The position numbers and the translations under genes were made by a program. The notes under the pieces are model-generated. The model did not search any database and was not told where the DNA came from. It was given only the letters and a program-made list of their open reading frames with translations. Below, one piece after another: positions 18,482 through 27,631 of a DNA stretch of 64,000 bases. The stretch comes from Defluviitaleaceae bacterium. GTDB lineage: Bacteria > Bacillota > Clostridia > Lachnospirales > WQUN01. The DNA lies in assembly GCA_009780185.1 (NCBI GenBank), contig WRAN01000010.1:6450-70449 (forward strand), given 5' to 3'. Within the stretch, counting starts at the first letter, position 1; the number at the start of each line of letters is the position of its first letter.

Positions 18482-20031
18482 AGCTCTATAGGAAGTTTGC
18501 CTTCAAAAGGTATTTCGCCAATAATGGCCTTTATTGCATTGTTTACAGAGCGGTTTGTGTATTCGTATGCGGCGATATATGCGTCTGCGTCTTGCATTTT
18601 TAGGATATCGTAAGGTACGCGCAAGGATACTAGTATCACTTTTTTGCCTGCGGCTTTAAGGGCGTTAAACAGGTCTATCTGGCCTGTAAACTGTATCGCG
18701 TTGTATGATGCGTATAGCACTATATCTGTTGTTGCCTTTTTCATAATAGCAGCAATTTCGTCTGCGTCTGGGTCTACAGATATTTCCTGATAGGCGCAGC
18801 CAAGAAGTGCCGCGGCTTTTTCGCAAAAGAGTTCCTGCTTAATGATAGTATCATCCGCAATATTAGCTGTTGATGGCGGAGGGGATATAACAAAGATATT
18901 TTCACTTTTTAGTGGAAGGAGTTCGTCACTGCCTTTAACAAGGGTTATGCTTTTTGCACTTATTTCGTCGGAAAGGCTTTCGTGAGTGGGGTATTTTTCT
19001 AGGGGTGGATCGGTGTCATCGTTGGCGTATATTGCTTTATATTTGAGGATTCTTTCCACAGCAGCATCAATTTTTTCTATTGGAATTTCACCGGAATTAA
19101 CTGCTGCAAGCACCGCTTTTAAGCAGCTTGCTTGGCCTTCTTGGTCTGCATTCAAACATAGAATGTCTACTCCCGCGTTTATTGCCATGATACACCCTAA
19201 CTCTAGGCCATAATTGTCTTGGATTGCCATCATCGTCATACTGTCTGTTAAAATCAGCCCTTTAAAGCCGAGTTCGTTGCGCAGCAAACCCGTTAGTACC
19301 TTAGATGATAATGTAGCAGGGTGCTGAGAGTCGATAGCTTTGAAGATGATATGCGCTGACATTATGGAATCTACGCCATCCGCAATTGTGGCTTTAAATG
19401 GTACCAGCTCTACATGGTTTAGCCTGTCCATGTCATGCTCTATAGATGGCAGCGCCAGATGGGAGTCTTTGTGGGTGTCCCCGTGGCCTGGGAAGTGCTT
19501 GGCATTTGCCAGCACGCCGCCTTTTTGCAGTCCACGAATATAGTCCGTTGCCATTCTTGCTACTACTTCTGGCTTATCGCTATAGGAGCGTATGCCTATT
19601 ACGGGGTTATTTGGGTTGTTGTTTACGTCAAGGACTGGAGCATGATTTAGATTGATACCCAGGGCTTTAAGCTCGCGGGCTACCATTTCGCCCATTTTCT
19701 GCATAGCGCTCTCCATGCCTGCGGCTGTTATTGCCATGTTGGAGGGGTAATGGGTCGCACCAGAATATGCGCGTGTTACCATTCCGCCTTCTTGGTCTGT
19801 GGATATGAATGCCGGGATTCCGCTGGATTCCTTGGCCGTTTGCTGTAGGCTGTCGCTTAGCTTACGGATACTTTTGTAATCTGTAAGATTACGGGCGAAA
19901 TATATAAAATTGCCGATTTTATACTTTAGCAGATGCTCTTTTGTGTCAGGGGATAGCTCTGTGCCCTCAATGGGAAGCAGAAACATTTGACCGATTTTTT
20001 GCTCTAAGGTTAGGGTTTTAATATCCATCAT
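18475..20031 (-). CDS. nagZ: Beta-N-acetylhexosaminidase (GH3, NagZ-type), no signal peptide
   Basis: Contains LEQKIGQMF, KHFPGHGDTHKDSH and LILTDSMTM. Confidence 0.9.
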   Translation of the reverse strand: MMDIKTLTLEQKIGQMFLLPIEGTELSPDTKEHLLKYKIGNFIYFARNLTDYKSIRKLSDSLQQTAKESSGIPAFISTDQEGGMVTRAYSGATHYPSNMAITAAGMESAMQKMGEMVARELKALGINLNHAPVLDVNNNPNNPVIGIRSYSDKPEVVARMATDYIRGLQKGGVLANAKHFPGHGDTHKDSHLALPSIEHDMDRLNHVELVPFKATIADGVDSIMSAHIIFKAIDSQHPATLSSKVLTGLLRNELGFKGLILTDSMTMMAIQDNYGLELGCIMAINAGVDILCLNADQEGQASCLKAVLAAVNSGEIPIEKIDAAVERILKYKAIYANDDTDPPLEKYPTHESLSDEISAKSITLVKGSDELLPLKSENIFVISPPPSTANIADDTIIKQELFCEKAAALLGCAYQEISVDPDADEIAAIMKKATTDIVLYASYNAIQFTGQIDLFNALKAAGKKVILVSLRVPYDILKMQDADAYIAAYEYTNRSVNNAIKAIIGEIPFEGKLPIELC

Positions 20032-20036
20032 ATCCT

Positions 20037-21194
20037 CTATTCGTATAAATGATATTTTGATTTGATTCTTATAAACTCCACGCTTTCTCTTGCGTACAAG
20101 GCCATAACTTCGTCAATAGTGTATTTGCCTTCACGGATGTAGGTGTTGCCGGTGTTATAGTCTATCATCTGTCTGCCGCCCTCACGGTAGGGGGGTAAAT
20201 ATTTAAACTCGGGGTATAAATCACGGACAGTGTATAGCATTGATACACCAGTTTTCACCGGGCGGAATGTGTTGCGGTCCAGCACATGTAGTTCTACCCC
20301 GCCGCACATGTCTCCTTGATGTTTGCCGTCTTTTGGATGATACGGCATGGGGGTGAAGTAATGGGCGCGGAATTTTACACCCGGCAGCTCTAATGCGTTT
20401 AGGGCTTCTTCTAAAATTGCGCCATCAATCCAGGGCGCGCCTACAAAATTGAAAGGCTTTGTGGTTCCTCTGCCTTCGGACAGATTTGTACCTTCGAAGA
20501 TGCAGGTTGCGTTAAAAGCAAAGCAGCTGTCTATCGTGGGGATATTTGGAGATGGCAGTACCCAGTTTACGCCTGTTTCTTCAAAATACATATCACGGCG
20601 GTAGCCCTCCATTGGGATTACTGTGAGGTCGCAGTTTATGCCGTATTCAGAGTTAAACAGATTCGCACATTCACCGATTGTCAGGCCATAGCGCTGTGGC
20701 ATTGGGTATAGGCCTATGAAGGATTTGCACGAAAGATCAAGGATGTTGCCCTCAACATCTTTGGCGTTAAGGGGATTGGGGCGATCGAAAACTACCATTT
20801 TTTTGCCGTTTTCGGCGCAGGCTTGCATGATGTACGCCATGGAAAATAGATAGGTGTAGAACCGTGACCCTACATTTTGTATGTCAAAAGCAAAGATATC
20901 AATATCCGCAAGGGTTTCAGGTGATGGGCGGCGGTTTGCACCATATAGGCTTACTACTGGTAGCTGTGTGCGCTCGTCCAGATAACCCTCTAAGGTTACG
21001 CCTGCCTGCAAGTTGCCGCGCACCCCATGCTCTGGAGCAAAGAGCTTTACTAGGTTAAAATTTTTATGAAGGAGGTCAACGGTGCTTTCGAATTTTTTGT
21101 TGATTCCGGTGCCGTTTGTTAAAAGCCCTATGCGCTTGCCTGCGAAAACGGACGAATACTTTTCTAATTGGTCGATGCCTAGTTTTACTGCCAT
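20037..21194 (-). CDS. namZ: DUF1343/YbbC family protein (exo-beta-N-acetylmuramidase NamZ-like), no signal peptide
   Basis: Contains RIGLLTNGTGINKK...LFAPEHGVRG, typical of DUF1343. Confidence 0.8.
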   Translation of the reverse strand: MAVKLGIDQLEKYSSVFAGKRIGLLTNGTGINKKFESTVDLLHKNFNLVKLFAPEHGVRGNLQAGVTLEGYLDERTQLPVVSLYGANRRPSPETLADIDIFAFDIQNVGSRFYTYLFSMAYIMQACAENGKKMVVFDRPNPLNAKDVEGNILDLSCKSFIGLYPMPQRYGLTIGECANLFNSEYGINCDLTVIPMEGYRRDMYFEETGVNWVLPSPNIPTIDSCFAFNATCIFEGTNLSEGRGTTKPFNFVGAPWIDGAILEEALNALELPGVKFRAHYFTPMPYHPKDGKHQGDMCGGVELHVLDRNTFRPVKTGVSMLYTVRDLYPEFKYLPPYREGGRQMIDYNTGNTYIREGKYTIDEVMALYARESVEFIRIKSKYHLYE

Positions 21195-21266
21195 TGGGAT
21201 TTCCTCCTATCTGCCCATTTCATATCTGAAAAAACCTTTGTCGGTATCATCAAAACCGTAACTTGC

Positions 21267-21974
21267 TTAAAAACCCTCTTGCACAACCCGCTTGGCGTGT
21301 GGCTGTACATCAAAACATTCCGCGCGCTTTTTACGTATACGTATGCCCCGCTGGCGGGATAACGCGTCGTAATAATCGCGATATTCAAACCATGGGGAGT
21401 TATTGGTTAGCCATAAACCCTGTATATGCTCATACCAAAGATCGTAGCCTGGGCTTACATCAATGTAGATATATGGTTCAAACCCTGAAGCGTCTTCCCA
21501 GTTTTCCGCAAAATATGGCCCGTTTGCTCTGTGCTGGGGTAATACCGTCCCATCTGCGGCCTTGCGTTCAAAACCGCGAAGGCCTGCATAATAGATTGCA
21601 TCTGTCACGGCATAAGACGTTATCCGGTGGTCTTTATGCATTGTGCCATGCCAATGGGTTAATATCACGTCTGGTTTTTCCGCTCGAATCAAATCGCATA
21701 TTGCTAGGCGCAGCTCTTCACTGTCGGGGGCCTCGCCATCGGGATAATCAAAGCAGAAAAACTTGCCTCCAATGGCCTCGGCAAAGCGGGATGCGCAGTC
21801 TATGTTGTGTTGTTTAAATTCTTCAGGGCATCTATCCGGCGGTGCGCCGCGCTCTCCTGCTGTTATTGCAACGGTAGATATCCTATCGCCTTTTAGGCTA
21901 TGGGTGGCTAGGGTTTTACCGCAGGTCAGTTCAACATCACCAATGTGGGCACCAATTGCCATTATATGTTTCAT
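21267..21974 (-). CDS. PIG-L/LmbE family deacetylase
   Basis: Start MKHIMAIGAHIGDVELTCG with an ATGA overlap with the upstream GNAT stop. The MHKDH motif is present. The ORF-track start at 22058 lies inside the upstream gene. Confidence 0.8.
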   Translation of the reverse strand: MKHIMAIGAHIGDVELTCGKTLATHSLKGDRISTVAITAGERGAPPDRCPEEFKQHNIDCASRFAEAIGGKFFCFDYPDGEAPDSEELRLAICDLIRAEKPDVILTHWHGTMHKDHRITSYAVTDAIYYAGLRGFERKAADGTVLPQHRANGPYFAENWEDASGFEPYIYIDVSPGYDLWYEHIQGLWLTNNSPWFEYRDYYDALSRQRGIRIRKKRAECFDVQPHAKRVVQEGF

Positions 21975-22882
21975 AGATTTTTCCCCCAAATAGAATAGTT
22001 CCTGTATTTTTTCATGCCCCAAGTGGCGTAGATATCTAAGTTTCGCCCGCCAGTCCACAGAAACCAGGTGTAAAAAATACGTCGCTCTACCATGTCAGAT
22101 ACTAGATTGTGAAATAGTATCCCCCCAAGGCCTGTGCCTTGTTCTGTTTCGGCAACGCCAAAGGGGCCGAAGCGCCCTGGCGTTCCGTCTCCAGCGCGCA
22201 TTGCAAATCCTACAACTTCGCCATTTGGGTTCCAGGCAAGCTGGATGGTTTCATGTCCGTAGCCCCGCAGTACATTTGCGCGGGCTCCTTCTAGCCAGTG
22301 GGGGAAATATGCGCGGAAAAACTCAAACATAGGTAAGGCGGCTTCCCACTTGAAACTGCCAAAGGTGTAGCCTGTCTTTTCCAATTCTTTTTTTCGCTCT
22401 ACATATTTTTCAGGAGTTTCGTACTCCCGTAGGCTAATGTCCATGGAGCTGCAAGTTCCTTTATCTTCATACCCTAGGCTTTTAAAGAGTGCTATCCCAT
22501 GGATGTAATTCTTTTCGTCTATACCTGGGAAAAAATAATTTATGGAATAATTGCCTACATCTAGGGTTTTTGCACCTTGGCCCCTAACAAGGGCTTCTAA
22601 TTCTTTAACCAGGGCTGTGCCTATGCCTTTTCGGCGATGCTTTGGGCATACGCCCATTGCGACGATATAAGCTTTTTCTGGGTTCGCGCCCTTTGCACCA
22701 TAAACAAAGCCTATGATTTCTCCAGCTTCTTCTGCCAATAAATATAAGTTAGGGTCAAAGTTTACATCGCATATTATGCGGGTATAAAAATTTTCTTTGT
22801 TTAATCTATCTTCCTTTAAGGATGCGTTCCACAAACTCATAGCCACACATCCATCTGATGCCTTATAACTACGAATTATCAT
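21971..22882 (-). CDS. GNAT family N-acetyltransferase (two acetyltransferase-like halves)
   Basis: Contains VCPKHRRKGIGTALV (motif A). The second half carries FGVAETEQGTGLGGILF. Confidence 0.8.
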   Translation of the reverse strand: MIIRSYKASDGCVAMSLWNASLKEDRLNKENFYTRIICDVNFDPNLYLLAEEAGEIIGFVYGAKGANPEKAYIVAMGVCPKHRRKGIGTALVKELEALVRGQGAKTLDVGNYSINYFFPGIDEKNYIHGIALFKSLGYEDKGTCSSMDISLREYETPEKYVERKKELEKTGYTFGSFKWEAALPMFEFFRAYFPHWLEGARANVLRGYGHETIQLAWNPNGEVVGFAMRAGDGTPGRFGPFGVAETEQGTGLGGILFHNLVSDMVERRIFYTWFLWTGGRNLDIYATWGMKKYRNYSIWGKNL

Positions 22883-22894
22883 ACCGTGAGCCCC

Positions 22895-23749
22895 CTATTT
22901 ATATTTAGTTTTAAGCGCCTTGCGCGAATCATCTAGATACTGTTTGACAGAGTCATACTCTAGGCTAATAAGTGATGTGTACAATATGTCTATGATGCAC
23001 AATTGCGAAATCCTTGAACCCGTCGCCGCAGACCTAAACTCAGACTCCAGTGAAGAAACAAAAAGATTAATATCTGCTAACCTGCTGATACTGTTATCAC
23101 CGTATTTTGTAATGGATACCACACATGCGCCTTTTTCTTTAGAAATTTCAGCGATGCGCAGGGTGTCTGTTGTTTCGCCAGAGTATGATATAACAACGCA
23201 TACATCATCAGGTGTAAGTGTAGATGTAGCGGTGGCTTGGATATGGCTACTGGAAAACGCATAGCTTATCTTATTGATACGTAAGAATTTTTGTTGGGCA
23301 TCTTGGGCGATAATTGACCCAGCACTCATTCCAAAGAAGTCAATCCTTTTTGCTTTACGCATACGCTCTACTGCATGGGCGATACTAGCCTCATCGGTCA
23401 CCGTCATGGTTTGTTCTATACTTTGTTTTGTGGTTGCAAAAATATGCCCTATAACTTGCTCGATAGAATCGCCTGGGATTGCATCAAGATAGTTTGGCAT
23501 TGTGTCAGACCCGCTATTGGCCTCTGTAACACTAGCGGTAAAGCGCATGATGAAATCCCTATAACCAGAAAACCCGATTGACCTGGCAAAGCGTACAATT
23601 GTAGCAGTGGATACCCCTACACGCTCCGCAACTTCGTCGATGGTTTTGCCGCTGGCATGGTGGGCGTTTTGTAAGAAATAATCGGCTATGCGTTTTTGTG
23701 ATTTACTAAAACTTGCATAAGCGTTTCTGATTTCCGTATGACTATCCAT
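22895..23749 (-). CDS. MurR/RpiR family transcriptional regulator
   Basis: Contains MDSHTEIRNAYASFSKSQKRIADYFL, VAERVGVSTATIVRFARSIGFSGY and a SIS domain. The longer ORF-track start (23824) falls inside the predicted -35 box. Confidence 0.85.
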   Translation of the reverse strand: MDSHTEIRNAYASFSKSQKRIADYFLQNAHHASGKTIDEVAERVGVSTATIVRFARSIGFSGYRDFIMRFTASVTEANSGSDTMPNYLDAIPGDSIEQVIGHIFATTKQSIEQTMTVTDEASIAHAVERMRKAKRIDFFGMSAGSIIAQDAQQKFLRINKISYAFSSSHIQATATSTLTPDDVCVVISYSGETTDTLRIAEISKEKGACVVSITKYGDNSISRLADINLFVSSLESEFRSAATGSRISQLCIIDILYTSLISLEYDSVKQYLDDSRKALKTKYK

Positions 23750-23795
23750 CAAATCAGCCCCAAGATATGAAAATAATTTACATTTGTACACAATT

Positions 23796-23824
23796 ATTTT
23801 ACATTCACTTTGACATAAAGTCAA
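23796..23824 (-). promoter_or_regulatory. Sigma-A type promoter of the murR-to-murQ operon, with an overlapping palindrome
   Basis: The minus strand reads TTGACT-17 nt-TAAAAT (-35 at 23819-23824, -10 at 23796-23801). The palindrome TTGAC-ATAAA-GTCAA (23810-23824) overlaps the -35. Confidence 0.55.
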
Positions 23825-23887
23825 CGAAAAAATATTTATTTTGCGCTTGATTGTAAAAAAATTTCTTCTGACTTATACTTACACCAA

Positions 23888-24035
23888 GAAGCTGTAATGT
23901 TTTTGCCTGCGGCAAAAACATTTGCAAAAACGCGTTGAAGCGTTCGCGATTTTTGCTCATTGAAGCTGTAATCTTCTTGCCTACGGCAAAAAACATTCGC
24001 AAAAACGCGTTAAACCATCGCGATTTTTGCTCATT
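23888..24035 (+). repeat. Repeat family R1, locus A: two abutting 74-bp units, each with two hairpins, ending in the leader of the 24053 gene
   Basis: Units lie at 23888-23961 and 23962-24035. The reverse complement of unit 2 matches unit 1 of locus B (59956-60029) at about 66 of 70 aligned positions. Hairpins are AATGTTTTTGCC-TGC-GGCAAAAACATT and GCAAAAACGCG...CGCGATTTTTGC. Confidence 0.85.
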
Positions 24036-24052
24036 GATTAGGAGGCTAGAAA

Positions 24053-25156
24053 ATGAAGAACGAATTACGAGGTGTATGGGTTTCAACTGTTAACAACATT
24101 GACTTCCCAAGTAAACCAGGCATATCAGTATCTCAAATGAAATCCGAAATTGACGGCATCGTTGCCAAAACCGTAGAAGTAGGGCTTAACACAGTTATTG
24201 TGCAGGTGCGTCCGACTACAGATGCTATGTATAAATCATCAATTTTCCCATGGTCATACTATCTAACAGGCAAACAAGGTAAGGCCCCAGAGGATGGGTT
24301 CGACCCCCTTGCGTATTGGATAGAAAAATGTCGCGCCGCTAATCTAGAAATACACGCATGGGTCAACCCATACAGGGTTGCTCATATGTCACAAAAAATG
24401 CAGTCTCTTGCGGAGCTGGCACCAGAAAACCCTGCACGAAAAAATCCTGACTGGGTGGTTAAATACGAAGGTAAGGACTATAACGGCGCATGGTACTTTG
24501 ATCCCGGAATCCCAGAAGTGCGAAAGCTAATCATAGACGGCGCGGCAGAACTGATTAATAACTATGACTTAGATGGATTTCATATAGACGACTACTTCTA
24601 CCCAGGGGCAGATTTTGACGACGAAAAAACCTATGCCAAATACGGCAATGGCATGGCCAAAGATGACTGGCGCAGGGAATGTGTTAGCGATTTAATTCGC
24701 GGTTTCCATGATGTATCCAAGAAGGCTAATGTACGCTTTGGTGTATCCCCCTCAGGCATCTGGATGAACAAATCATCCGACCCACGAGGCAGTGATACGG
24801 CAGGCGGCGAGCATTATTGTTCTTTGTATGCGGATACCTATAAATGGATAAAAGAAGGCTGGATGGACTACATTGTCCCGCAGATTTACTGGCACATCGG
24901 ATTCGACATTGCAGATTATAAAGTGCTTGCGCCCTGGTGGGCAGATGTATGTAAAGGCACAAAAGTAGATCTATATATTGGTATGGCCGCCTATCGCGCC
25001 GCTGATGATAATAGGCCAGAATTTAAAGGCGAGATGACTCGGCAACTCCAGTTAAACACAACCCTACATGATCTAAAAGGCCATGTCTACTTCACGTATA
25101 AAAGCCTACACGCACCTGTTGGGGAAGAAATACGCGAGTGGAATGCCAAGTATTGA
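24053..25156 (+). CDS. Glycoside-hydrolase-like family 10 (GHL10/DUF187, YngK-like) protein
   Basis: Contains LRGVWVSTVNNIDFPSKPG, HAWVNPYRV and GFHIDDYFYP. Confidence 0.8.
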   Translation: MKNELRGVWVSTVNNIDFPSKPGISVSQMKSEIDGIVAKTVEVGLNTVIVQVRPTTDAMYKSSIFPWSYYLTGKQGKAPEDGFDPLAYWIEKCRAANLEIHAWVNPYRVAHMSQKMQSLAELAPENPARKNPDWVVKYEGKDYNGAWYFDPGIPEVRKLIIDGAAELINNYDLDGFHIDDYFYPGADFDDEKTYAKYGNGMAKDDWRRECVSDLIRGFHDVSKKANVRFGVSPSGIWMNKSSDPRGSDTAGGEHYCSLYADTYKWIKEGWMDYIVPQIYWHIGFDIADYKVLAPWWADVCKGTKVDLYIGMAAYRAADDNRPEFKGEMTRQLQLNTTLHDLKGHVYFTYKSLHAPVGEEIREWNAKY

Positions 25157-25171
25157 TATATCTGTAATATA

Positions 25172-25284
25172 ATACCGATTCCAAATTAAAACCTGTCTGA
25201 CAGAGCGGCGGCTTGAAACGCGAAGCAAGCGTTTCAAGTGGTTTTGCCGCGATAGGCAGATAGGATTTTAATTGGAATCGGTAT
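25172..25284. repeat. Long imperfect palindrome (~113 nt) with an AT-rich outer stem and a GC-rich nested inner stem
   Basis: ATACCGATTCCAAATTAAAACCTGTCTG pairs with CAGATAGGATTTTAATTGGAATCGGTAT. Inner stem is CTTGAAACGC/GCGTTTCAAG. The core GTGGTTTTGCCGCGATAGGCA resembles the R1 core ATGGTTTTTGCCGAAGGCA. Confidence 0.8.
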
Positions 25285-25370
25285 AAGATGGCGTTTGGGT
25301 GTTATTGAGAAAATCATATGACTCCAGACGCCCTTTATATTTTGATGCTGATTATATGTTTTTTCTACTA

Positions 25371-25379
25371 TGCTATAAT
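25371..25379 (+). promoter_or_regulatory. Extended -10 element upstream of the 25425 GNAT gene
   Basis: TGCTATAAT lies 46 nt upstream of the ATG. Confidence 0.45.
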
Positions 25380-25424
25380 CATATATGTGTGCGTACAAAA
25401 TTTATATTTGCTTAGGAGAAAAAT

Positions 25425-25958
25425 ATGGACAGAAAAAAGTATATAGAAAATGATGTGTTATGTTTGGCAGAATGTATCGAAGCCGATAATAAAATTTTGT
25501 ACGAATCATGGAATGAACATGAAACTATTTGGGGCTACAACTGGAAAATCCCATACTCATTTGATGAATACTGCACAAATTTCAAAAACGATAATAACTC
25601 GAATAGTTGGCGTTGGGGAGCGGTCATTATGCGGCTCGAAGACAATGCAGTCATCGGACGAATAGGACTATCTGCTGGATTGCCAGACTTGACTATAACA
25701 ATTTTCAAAGCATATAGAAATCAACAATACGGAACAATGGCATTTTTACTGGGCGTTAGATATTGCTTTGAAATATTAAAGCTGGACAAGATATATGCGG
25801 GGTGTTTTGAAGATAATATTGCAAGTAGGAAAATGATTGAGCAATGCGGTTTCAAGCGTAATCCTGAAGGTGATGACATTGAAGCCCATATTTTCACAGG
25901 CGAAGATAGATTACAGCTTGACTTCATGATAGAACTAAAAAAGGGGCTGCCTAATTAA
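25425..25958 (+). CDS. GNAT family N-acetyltransferase (RimJ/RimL-like)
   Basis: 177 aa. Contains FKAYRNQQYGTMAF (motif A-like) and NIASRKMIEQCGFK. Confidence 0.75.
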   Translation: MDRKKYIENDVLCLAECIEADNKILYESWNEHETIWGYNWKIPYSFDEYCTNFKNDNNSNSWRWGAVIMRLEDNAVIGRIGLSAGLPDLTITIFKAYRNQQYGTMAFLLGVRYCFEILKLDKIYAGCFEDNIASRKMIEQCGFKRNPEGDDIEAHIFTGEDRLQLDFMIELKKGLPN

Positions 25959-25970
25959 GGCAGCCCCTAA
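25936..25970 (-). terminator. Terminator of the ABC importer operon, overlapping the end of the convergent GNAT gene
   Basis: AGGGGCTGCC-TAATTAA-GGCAGCCCCT. The T-run is on the minus-strand reading. Confidence 0.7.
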
Positions 25971-25982
25971 AGTGATTAAATA

Positions 25983-27557
25983 CTAGCGAACCATATCAAA
26001 AGCTTCGTTCATTTCGCGTTTAATTTCGTCAAGGCCATTGGCTCTTTCCCGTGCGATATTGTTTAGATGAGCTTCAATAGTCTGGGCACCAATTATCGTC
26101 TGAACTTCGGAGTCAAGTAGTACTTGCTCGATATTTGTCCAATTTGCGGTGAAAGCAGGTGTAGTAAAGATATGGGCTGGTAGGTAGATAAACGGAATAT
26201 TACGCATCATACCATCATAGAAAAGACGGGTTTCTGGGCTTATTTGATCAACAGTTTGGCCCATAAGCTGTGCTTGGAAGAAATATTCACTGGTCATGAC
26301 TATTGGGGCAACAGCCTTGTTGATACCTACTCTTCTAGATTCGATAAAGCTTGCGTAATCAGGAAGCAGTCTTTGCTCACCGTTTACATATTCGAAGGTT
26401 ACGCCTTCAACACCGAAGTTGGTGAGAGTTATACCATCATAGGTAAAGAACCAGTTAAGCACGCGCATAAGATCTTCTGGGCGGTCTGCCTGGGAGCTTA
26501 TTGCACCGGCTGACATCCAGCGGCTTCTACCCATAATTTGCTGATGTCCAAGAGGCCCAAGTATTGGGTCAGTAGAAATCATAATCGCTTCTGGAACAAT
26601 TTCGTTGATAGTTCTTGTAGCGGTTTCAGCAAACGCTGCCCATTGCTCTGTCATAAAGGCGCGGTTAGAGAAAAATAGCTCTTCGATATTGGCAGTTACT
26701 GTATTACGAGTGAAGAATTCTGGGTCGATAAGCCTGTCGGCATACATTTGAACCATGAACTCCAGATACGCTTCATAATTTGGATGGGTGAAGCGAGTTA
26801 CATATTCGTCGTTGTAAATCTGCCATATTGTTGACCTGATTCCAAAAGCATTTTCAAAAGGCCTTAGTAAGCCTGCATAAGGAATAACATCATCAAAGCC
26901 ATCCCTTACTGCTTCCAAAACAGCTACGAACTCATCCAGAGTTGTTGGAGATTCAAGCCCTAGATACTCCAGCATATCTTGGCGATACATAACAGAGAAC
27001 GCACCTGGTACGTCTGTAATTGCCGGTATACCATAAATCAGGCCATCTGTGGCAGAGCGAACTCTAAGCCAGTCATCTTCAATCCAGTGAGACATGATGT
27101 CTTGGCCATAGCTTTCCAATAAGTTATCAAGTGGAATGATAGCCCCTTGCATTGCCCACTCTGCTGTGCCAGCTAAATTGAGGAAGTTAATAATATCTGG
27201 CAAGTCGCGAGAGGCCAAGATAAGGCCCATTTGCTCTTCGAACTGTACAAAGGGGATTTGAATGTACTCAATTTCCACATTCAGTAGTTCGTTAAGCATT
27301 TGCTCTACCATGTTGTTGTCATCGTAAAGATGAGGGCGGCCTTCTTCTAGCCAGCGGATGTGGAACGTTTCTGCAAACATGCGATCATCTTCAACTTCAG
27401 GTTCTTCTACTTCAACTGGATCTGGGGTTGCTGCAGCTTGCTCTTGAGTGTCAGGCTGAACTGTCTGAGCTGGTTGTTCTTCTTCATCCCTTGAACATGC
27501 TGTAAACATCAAGGCAGCAACCAACAAAATAGCAATCAGTAAAAATGCTTTTTTCAT
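25983..27557 (-). CDS. ABC transporter extracellular solute-binding lipoprotein (family 1, LplA-like)
   Basis: Starts MKKAFLLIAILLVAALMFTAC (lipobox) behind AGGAGGAAAC, followed by an acidic linker and a large SBP body. Confidence 0.85.
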   Translation of the reverse strand: MKKAFLLIAILLVAALMFTACSRDEEEQPAQTVQPDTQEQAAATPDPVEVEEPEVEDDRMFAETFHIRWLEEGRPHLYDDNNMVEQMLNELLNVEIEYIQIPFVQFEEQMGLILASRDLPDIINFLNLAGTAEWAMQGAIIPLDNLLESYGQDIMSHWIEDDWLRVRSATDGLIYGIPAITDVPGAFSVMYRQDMLEYLGLESPTTLDEFVAVLEAVRDGFDDVIPYAGLLRPFENAFGIRSTIWQIYNDEYVTRFTHPNYEAYLEFMVQMYADRLIDPEFFTRNTVTANIEELFFSNRAFMTEQWAAFAETATRTINEIVPEAIMISTDPILGPLGHQQIMGRSRWMSAGAISSQADRPEDLMRVLNWFFTYDGITLTNFGVEGVTFEYVNGEQRLLPDYASFIESRRVGINKAVAPIVMTSEYFFQAQLMGQTVDQISPETRLFYDGMMRNIPFIYLPAHIFTTPAFTANWTNIEQVLLDSEVQTIIGAQTIEAHLNNIARERANGLDEIKREMNEAFDMVR

Positions 27558-27631
27558 GCGTTTCCTCCTTTTTATGGGGCTTAAGCCCCTTACACATTTG
27601 ATTGCAAATGCGTCATTATATATCAACTCAC

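Noticed and set aside
23888-24035. The tandem repeats (also at 59956-60103) could be mistaken for a mini CRISPR array.
   Set aside because: Each locus has only two units, and they abut directly with no spacers. The units are 74 bp, longer than CRISPR repeats. No cas genes are present in the window, and the element runs into a gene's RBS.
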